Positions 58,209 to 64,000 of a stretch of 64,000 nucleotides of DNA are shown here, one piece after another; positions within the stretch are counted from its first letter, which is position 1; the number at the start of each line of letters is the position of its first letter. A program made the position numbers and the translations under genes. Source of the stretch: Acetobacteraceae bacterium (lineage in GTDB: Bacteria > Pseudomonadota > Alphaproteobacteria > Acetobacterales > Acetobacteraceae); assembly GCA_965198565.1 (NCBI GenBank), contig OZ240665.1, forward strand, positions 4,215,514 to 4,279,513, read 5' to 3'. The notes under the pieces are model-generated. The model made no database searches, had not been told where the DNA came from, and saw only the letters and a list, made by a program, of their open reading frames with translations.

Positions 58209-59789
58209 CTAAGGGGAGACCGTGATCGGCGTCAGGTCCTGGAACCAGTTCTGCGCCTGCACGAAGCCATGGACCTTGGGGGAGAGCGCGCGAGGGTTGA
58301 GGTCGTGCACGATGAACACCATCAGGGCTTGCGCTGATTCGTATTCGTTGAGCTGGGTGAGCAGCGCCATGCGTTTTGCCGGGTCGAATTCCTCGAAGAT
58401 TTGCTTGACCAAGGACTCGGCTTCCGGGGTGCCGAAGTGGCCCCAGTTGCTGCCGGCGGGCGACCAATAGGCCTCGGCGACGGGCTTGATGATGGCGCTC
58501 ACCGGGTCGAGCAGGCCGCGGGAGGCGTTCAGCGCGTCGATGTTGGGGTATTTCGGCACGCCGGAACGGCTCACGTCGAGCAGGGCGTTCCAGTCCATGA
58601 CGTCGAACGTGACCTGGAAGCCGGCGTCTTCCAGTTGCTGCTTGACCAGGTCGTTCATGGTCAGGGATTGCATTTGGCCGGAGCCGGACGTGGAGATCGC
58701 GACGGTGATCTTGCAGGGGAGGCAGCCGGCCTGCTGCAGCAACGCATGCGCCTTGGCCTTGTCGAACTTGTAGATCACCGGGTGGCCGTAATACGGCATC
58801 GTGGGCGGGACCTCGGCGTATTCCGGGATGGCCAGGCCGCCCACCAGGTCCACCACGTCGGCGCGGTTGATGGCGTAGTTGGCAGCCTGGCGCACCCGCA
58901 GGTCGGTGAACGGGCCGCGGGTGAAGTTCAGGATGTAGGGCCAGTTGTGCGGGTAGGTGTTGGTGATGATCTGCATGCCGGCGCGCTTGAGCACCGGGAT
59001 GGCGTCTGGCGCCGGGGCTTCGACGAAGTTCACTTGGCCGGAGAGGAGGGCGGCGGTGCGGGTTGCGGCCTCGGGCATGGGCAATAGGATGAGCCTATCC
59101 TGCTTCGGTACGCGCGCCGGGTCCCAATAGTCCTTGTTGGGCACCAGTTCCATGCGTTCATGCGGGGTCTCGCTGGCGAAGCGGTAGGGGCCGGTGCCGG
59201 AGGGTTGGGCAGCGTAGGCGTCCCAGTTGTCGTGCAGCGCTTCGGCCCGGCAGCGGCTGATCATCAGCACGTAGGACATGTCGTAGGGGAAGAGGGATTC
59301 GACGAACTTGGTGTTGATGGCGACGGTGTGGTCGTCGATTTTTTCGATGCTGTCGTAGTTGGTCAGGTAGGCGCGGGAGAGGGCGAATTGCTGGGTGTAG
59401 AATTGGGGCGCCTTCGGGTTGGCGATGCGGCCGAAGTTCCAGATCACATCGTCGGCGGTGAAGTCGCAGCCGTCATGCCACTTCACGCCCTGACGCAGGG
59501 TGAAGATCCAGCGCTTGTGGTTGTTCGGGTCGACGTGCCACTCGGTGGCCAGGCCGGGTTTGATGTCGGAGGGCTGGTTGCTCTTGGAGAGGTCCCAGTT
59601 GATCAGCGCGTCGTAGAGATTGTAGCCGACGAAGCGGAAGCCTTCGAAGCCTTGGTCTGGGTTGCCGGTGTCGACGGGGAGGTCTCCGGCGGTCATCGCG
59701 ACGGTGAGCACGCCTTGGGCTTGGGCTGGGCGGGATGGGAGCGTTCCGGCCACGAGCAAGGCGGTGGCAAGCAGGGACATTCGAAGCAT
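58209..59789 (-). CDS. ABC transporter substrate-binding protein, family 5
   Basis: Signal peptide; PGLATEW, FTLRQGVKWHDG, GTGPYRF, DLRVRQAANYAINR. Confidence 0.95.
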   Translation of the reverse strand: MLRMSLLATALLVAGTLPSRPAQAQGVLTVAMTAGDLPVDTGNPDQGFEGFRFVGYNLYDALINWDLSKSNQPSDIKPGLATEWHVDPNNHKRWIFTLRQGVKWHDGCDFTADDVIWNFGRIANPKAPQFYTQQFALSRAYLTNYDSIEKIDDHTVAINTKFVESLFPYDMSYVLMISRCRAEALHDNWDAYAAQPSGTGPYRFASETPHERMELVPNKDYWDPARVPKQDRLILLPMPEAATRTAALLSGQVNFVEAPAPDAIPVLKRAGMQIITNTYPHNWPYILNFTRGPFTDLRVRQAANYAINRADVVDLVGGLAIPEYAEVPPTMPYYGHPVIYKFDKAKAHALLQQAGCLPCKITVAISTSGSGQMQSLTMNDLVKQQLEDAGFQVTFDVMDWNALLDVSRSGVPKYPNIDALNASRGLLDPVSAIIKPVAEAYWSPAGSNWGHFGTPEAESLVKQIFEEFDPAKRMALLTQLNEYESAQALMVFIVHDLNPRALSPKVHGFVQAQNWFQDLTPITVSP

Positions 59790-60024
59790 CGCACTCTCCC
59801 GCATCGGCGCGCCAATTCGCCGTTAATGCGGGTCAGCATGGGGCCGGGTTAATGTTTAGGCAAGGAAAGAAAGGGGTAGACTTAGAGTGCGGGTTTAGAG
59901 GGCAGTTGCTGCGGTTAAGGGCAGTTTAGTTGGTTTTGGTGTGGGTGCGAGGCGGGGTTTGCGCGTTGTTGCTCTCGCGGTGGTTCGCGGTTGGTTTTGG
60001 GCGGCGGATGGGTGCGCAGGTCAG

Positions 60025-60057
60025 CCCTCACCCCTGCCCTCTCCCAGAGGGAGAGGG
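60025..60057 (+). repeat. CCCTCACCCC..GGGAGAGGG repeat copy
   Basis: ccctcacccctgccctctcccagagggagaggg. Confidence 0.9.
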
Positions 60058-60142
60058 AGATGTTCTTCGGCGGTGGCAGGCGAAGAAGCCGTGGGCGGCG
60101 ACATTGCGTAAACGGGCGTTTACGTCACGCGCGGGACCCCGT

Positions 60143-60170
60143 GGATGCCCGGATCAAGTCCGGGCATGAC
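60143..60170. repeat. REP-like hairpin of the GTCATGCCCGG family
   Basis: gg-atgcccgga-tcaag-tccgggcat-gac. Confidence 0.8.
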
Positions 60171-60223
60171 GGTGTGGGGACGGGGTCGGCCAAAACGCTC
60201 GCGCGGGGGCGCTTTGCCGCGGG

Positions 60224-60850
60224 CTATCCGTCTGGGATGGTGGCGGGGACGCGGAGGAGCGTGCGCTGCGGCGGGTCGGGCTGGCACGGGGCCTGGGGTT
60301 GCTCGCGAGGCTCGGTGTCGTTGGCGGCTTGGTGCGGGGGCTGGTCGCGGTTCGGTTGGGCCGAGGGTTCGATGCCGAAGTCGGCGAGGATGCCGGCGAC
60401 GACGTGTTCGAGCGGTCGGGCGCCGAGGGATTCGGGGCGCTCGACGCGTTCAAGGCGGTCGGGGCGCTCGGGGTGCAGGGTTTCGGCGCGCTCGAGGCGC
60501 GTTGGGGTCGTCTCTGCCGCTTGAAGGCTCGGGATGCGCGCGGGGCGGGTGGCGGTGGCCGCGGGTGGCGTGGGGTGGGCGAGCTTTTCGATGAGCAGGA
60601 CGGTGCGGCGGACGCCGGTCGTGGTGCGGTCGAAAGCCTGGCTGGCGCGGTCGAGCATGGGGCCGTGGTCGACGCCGGGGAGTTCGGCGGCGCGGGTGGC
60701 GGTGGCGTGGATCTGGCGGGCGAAGTCAGTGCCGAGCTCGGCCAAGGTGAACAGCATGGCCTGGCAGCGCTCGATCATGGTCTCGGGCGTGCTGGCCGGC
60801 GCTGGGGGGGCGCAGGATTGGACTTGGTCGTAAGAGTGCGCCGTTCTCAT
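60224..60850 (-). CDS. hypothetical protein (helical N-half, low-complexity C-half)
   Basis: 208-aa ORF with ATG start and high-GC codon pattern; flanked by repeats on both sides. Confidence 0.6.
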   Translation of the reverse strand: MRTAHSYDQVQSCAPPAPASTPETMIERCQAMLFTLAELGTDFARQIHATATRAAELPGVDHGPMLDRASQAFDRTTTGVRRTVLLIEKLAHPTPPAATATRPARIPSLQAAETTPTRLERAETLHPERPDRLERVERPESLGARPLEHVVAGILADFGIEPSAQPNRDQPPHQAANDTEPREQPQAPCQPDPPQRTLLRVPATIPDG

Positions 60851-60937
60851 GAACGGATCATGAACACGCGGGGGGCGGGAGTTGCAAGGGGTTTGTCGGG
60901 GGGTTGTGCTCGAGACGCCGAGGATTGTGCCCTCGCA

Positions 60938-60973
60938 CCCTCACCCCGACCCTCTCCCGCCCGCGGGAGAGGG
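60938..60973 (+). repeat. CCCTCACCCC..GGGAGAGGG repeat copy
   Basis: Identical to the 33307 copy. Confidence 0.92.
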
Positions 60974-60984
60974 AGATATCTTTG

Positions 60985-61053
60985 GCGATCAGGGCGTTAG
61001 AGAGGCTGATTCACGCATCACGTTGTTTCAACCTGATGCGATCAGGGCGTTAG
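60985..61053. repeat. half CIR-like element with a 16-bp direct repeat
   Basis: gagaggctgattcacgcatca.gttgtttcaacctgatgcgatcagg nearly identical to 19784-19830; gcgatcagggcgttag at 60985-61000 and 61038-61053. Confidence 0.85.
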
Positions 61054-61970
61054 TGGAAGAGGGTGGGGCTCCATAAGGCCATGGGGACGCCGGACTGGGT
61101 GTCGAGGCCTAGGCGCAGGGTCAGCCAACCCATGGTGGCGCCGACGGTGCGCTGATACAGGCTGCCGAGCTGGAGGTCCTGCACGGGGAGGTCGGCGCTG
61201 ACGCCCTTTTCCTTGGCCAGCCAGTCGCGGGCGGCTTGCTCGCCGCCGATTTCGTCGACCAGGCCGAGCGTCAGCGCCTGGCGGCCGTCGTAGGCGCGGC
61301 CGTCGGCCAGTTCGCGGACCTTGGCTTCGTCCATATGGCGGCCCTGCGCCACGATGGTGACGAACTGGCCGAACAGGTCGCCCACCAGGGCCTGGAGGTA
61401 GTCGCGGCCGGCGGTCGACATCGGGTGGGTGAAGGACGGCTGGTCCTTCAGCGGGCCGGAGACGATCGGGTCACTCTGCACGCCGATCATGCTGAGCAAG
61501 CCGCCGACATTGCCAGTCTCGAGGATGACGCCGATCGAGCCGGTGAGGGTCGCGTCGCTGGCGAAGATGCGGGCGGCGGGCACGCTGATCATGTAGCCGG
61601 CGGAGGCTGCGGTGCCGCCCATCACCGTCACCAGGGGCTTGGCGGCGGCCACGCGGACCAGGGCGTCATGCAGGCTCTCGCCGCCGGCGACGCTGCCGCC
61701 GGGGCTGTCCACGGCGAGCATCACGGCGGCCACGCTCTTGTCGCGGGCCAGCGCGTCGATGGCCTGGAGCAGCTTGCGGTCTTCGGTGATGATGCCGCTC
61801 ACCGTGATGCGGGTGATGTGCTGGCCGCCCAGCGAGACCGGCCCGGCGCCGCGAACGGCGTAGACCACGGCGCCCACGACGGCCACGATGGCGACCAGCC
61901 GCCAAAAGAACAGGCGGCGCTTGAGACGCCGCCTGTCGATCAGCAGGTCCGCTTCCAGACCCTCGGCCAT
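61050..61970 (-). CDS. sppA: signal peptide peptidase SppA (S49)
   Basis: VDSPGG, AASAGYMIS, TLTGSIGV, F...VA.GR, DGRAYDG.QA...GLVDEIG; follows rpsA. Confidence 0.94.
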   Translation of the reverse strand: MAEGLEADLLIDRRRLKRRLFFWRLVAIVAVVGAVVYAVRGAGPVSLGGQHITRITVSGIITEDRKLLQAIDALARDKSVAAVMLAVDSPGGSVAGGESLHDALVRVAAAKPLVTVMGGTAASAGYMISVPAARIFASDATLTGSIGVILETGNVGGLLSMIGVQSDPIVSGPLKDQPSFTHPMSTAGRDYLQALVGDLFGQFVTIVAQGRHMDEAKVRELADGRAYDGRQALTLGLVDEIGGEQAARDWLAKEKGVSADLPVQDLQLGSLYQRTVGATMGWLTLRLGLDTQSGVPMALWSPTLFH

Positions 61971-61976
61971 GCGCGC

Positions 61977-63707
61977 TTACTCGCCGCTCTGCTGATTGCG
62001 GCGACGGATCGCCGCACCCAGGATGTCGCCGAGCGAGGCGCCGCTGTCGGAGGTGCCGAACTCGGCGACCGCCTGCTTGTCCTCCTCGATCTCGCGGCCC
62101 TTGATGGTGAGCGAGAGCTTGCGGGCGGCGCGGTCGATGGCGGTGATCTTGGCGTCCACCTTCTCGCCGACGGCGAAACGGTCGGGGCGTTGGTCCTGCT
62201 TGTCGCGGGCCAGCTCGGCGCGGCGGATGAAGCCGGTGAGCACCTCGTCCACCTTCACCTCGATGCCGTTGGCCTGCACCGCGGTGACGACGCAGGTGAC
62301 GACGTCGCCCTTGTGGACGCGGGAGAGGGTGTCGGCCGCCGGGTCTTCGTGAAGCTGCTTGATGCCGAGGGAGATGCGCTCCTTCTCGACGTCCACATCG
62401 AGCACCTTGGCGCGGATGACCTGGCCCTTGTCGTATTTGGCCATGGCGAGTTCGCCGGGCTCGTCCCAGGAGATGTCGGACATGTGGACCATGCCGTCGA
62501 TATCGGCGCCGATGCCGATGAAGAGGCCGAACTCGGTGATGTTGCGGAGTTCGCCCTCGACCTCGGTGCCGACCGGGTGCAGCTCGACGAACTCTTCCCA
62601 GGGGTTGCGCTGGACCTGCTTGAGTCCGAGCGAGATGCGCCGCTTGGAGCTGTCGACGTCCAGCACCATGACGCCGACTTCCTGGCTGGTGGAGACGATC
62701 TTGCCGGGGTGGACGTTTTTCTTGGTCCAGCTCATTTCGGAGACGTGGACCAGGCCTTCGACGCCGGGCTCGAGCTCCACGAAGGCGCCGTAGTCGGTGA
62801 TGTTGGTGACGCGGCCGGTGAACTTGGCGCCGGGCGGGTATTTCGCCGCGACACCTTCCCATGGGTCGGCCTCGAGCTGCTTCATGCCGAGGCTGATGCG
62901 CTGGGTGTCGGCGTTGAAGCGGATGACCTGGACGCGGACCTGCTGGCCGATGGTGAGCGCCTCGGAGGGGTGGTTGATGCGGCGCCAAGCGATGTCGGTG
63001 ACGTGGAGCAGGCCGTCGACGCCGCCGAGGTCCACGAAGGCGCCGTAATCGGTGATGTTCTTCACCACGCCATCCAGGATCATGCCTTCCTTGAGGCCCT
63101 GGATCAGCTCGGAGCGCTGCTCGGCGCGGGTTTCTTCCAGCACGGCGCGGCGGCTGACGACGATGTTGCCGCGGGCGCGGTCCATTTTCAGGATTTGGAA
63201 CGGCTGCGGGGTGCCCATGAGGGGGCCGACGTCGCGGACGGGGCGGATGTCCACCTGGCTGCCGGGGAGGAAGGCGACGGCGCCGCCGAGGTCGACGGTG
63301 AAGCCGCCCTTGACCCGGCCGTAGATGGTGCCGTTGACGCGCTGCTGGGCCTCGAAGGCTTTTTCCAGGTTGGTCCAGGCCTCTTCGCGCCGGGCCTTTT
63401 CGCGGGAGAGGACGATGGAGCCGTCGCGGTCCTCGTAGCGCTCGACGAACAGCTCGATGAGGTCGCCGGGCTTGACCTCGGGGGCGGCGCCGGGGGGGCC
63501 GAACTCCTTGAGGGCGACGCGGCCTTCGCTCTTGAGGCCGACGTCCACGATGGCGAATTCGTCGGTGAGGCGGAGGACGCGGCCGGTGACGACGGAGCCG
63601 TCAAAGCCGGTGTCGCGGCCGAGGGTCTCGTCGAGCAGGGAGGCGAAGTCCTCGTCGCCGGGGTTGTGGGAGGTGGAATAGTCGTAGGCGACGGCGCTGG
63701 ATGCCAT
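61977..63707 (-). CDS. rpsA: 30S ribosomal protein S1
   Basis: Tandem S1 domains (VKGGFTVDL, VKNITDYGAFVDLGG, TDYGAFVELEPGVEGLVHVSEMSW); ATG 63707 inferred. Confidence 0.98.
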   Translation of the reverse strand: MASSAVAYDYSTSHNPGDEDFASLLDETLGRDTGFDGSVVTGRVLRLTDEFAIVDVGLKSEGRVALKEFGPPGAAPEVKPGDLIELFVERYEDRDGSIVLSREKARREEAWTNLEKAFEAQQRVNGTIYGRVKGGFTVDLGGAVAFLPGSQVDIRPVRDVGPLMGTPQPFQILKMDRARGNIVVSRRAVLEETRAEQRSELIQGLKEGMILDGVVKNITDYGAFVDLGGVDGLLHVTDIAWRRINHPSEALTIGQQVRVQVIRFNADTQRISLGMKQLEADPWEGVAAKYPPGAKFTGRVTNITDYGAFVELEPGVEGLVHVSEMSWTKKNVHPGKIVSTSQEVGVMVLDVDSSKRRISLGLKQVQRNPWEEFVELHPVGTEVEGELRNITEFGLFIGIGADIDGMVHMSDISWDEPGELAMAKYDKGQVIRAKVLDVDVEKERISLGIKQLHEDPAADTLSRVHKGDVVTCVVTAVQANGIEVKVDEVLTGFIRRAELARDKQDQRPDRFAVGEKVDAKITAIDRAARKLSLTIKGREIEEDKQAVAEFGTSDSGASLGDILGAAIRRRNQQSGE

Positions 63708-64000
63708 GGGGGTCGGGATTTCCTGTCGGGGGCGCGGGGTGGCGCCGGGGGTTTGCGCATCCGGGGAGGACACGGCTTGCCCACGATGGTGGGCCGGGTT
63801 TCGGGGTCTGGGAGGGGAACACCACGCGCGGGTGGGGAGTGTCAAGGGGAAGCTGGTGGGTGGGATCGGTATTAAAGATAGTGCAGTGGTGGTTTGATAC
63901 GGGGTGACGTTGTTAAAGGGACTGAGATGGCGCGTTCGGGGCGCATCTCCTAGCCGCGGGTTGATGTCTACCCTTTGGTGGGTGGGGTCCGGCGCTGGAT

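Noticed and set aside
59820-59860. CtrA box candidates (TTAA motifs)
   Set aside because: Spacing does not fit TTAA-N7-TTAA.

Overview
High-GC chromosomal window from an alphaproteobacterium; gene order and protein style suggest Acetobacteraceae/Rhodospirillales (inference). Core blocks: tsaE-murU-addB-addA-trxA, FNR-clpP, dadA, scoAB, tRNA-Ala(GGC), sigma54-driven flgFGAH, recG, gshB, gloB, tRNA-Val(CAC), rpsA-sppA. Accessory blocks: (i) a metal-resistance islet after tRNA-Ala with cytochrome b561, a CzcCBA-type RND pump, a decayed multicopper oxidase/ChrA-like chimera, an ArsB-family transporter and a DMT; (ii) a lower-GC two-gene orphan cassette bracketed by GTCCGC..GCGGAC-type palindromes; (iii) an MsrPQ-like pair and an LLM monooxygenase; (iv) gshB coupled to a fused hydantoinase/oxoprolinase and an OPT transporter; (v) an envelope-targeted operon of alpha/beta hydrolase, membrane SAM-methyltransferase-like protein, Tat-signal PIMT-like methyltransferase and ankyrin protein; (vi) a lone GIY-YIG-like nuclease; (vii) a peptide-type ABC importer with a RutB-like hydrolase, a variant asparaginase and an MFS. 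At least three families of small palindromic repeats are present. One family has 10 copies, and a doublet of it sits in-frame inside addB. A MmgR/SuhB-like sRNA and an EcfG promoter are also recognisable. No CRISPR array, integrase or transposase was found. All calls come from reading motifs by eye; no searches were run, and several start codons were re-chosen from the ORF track.
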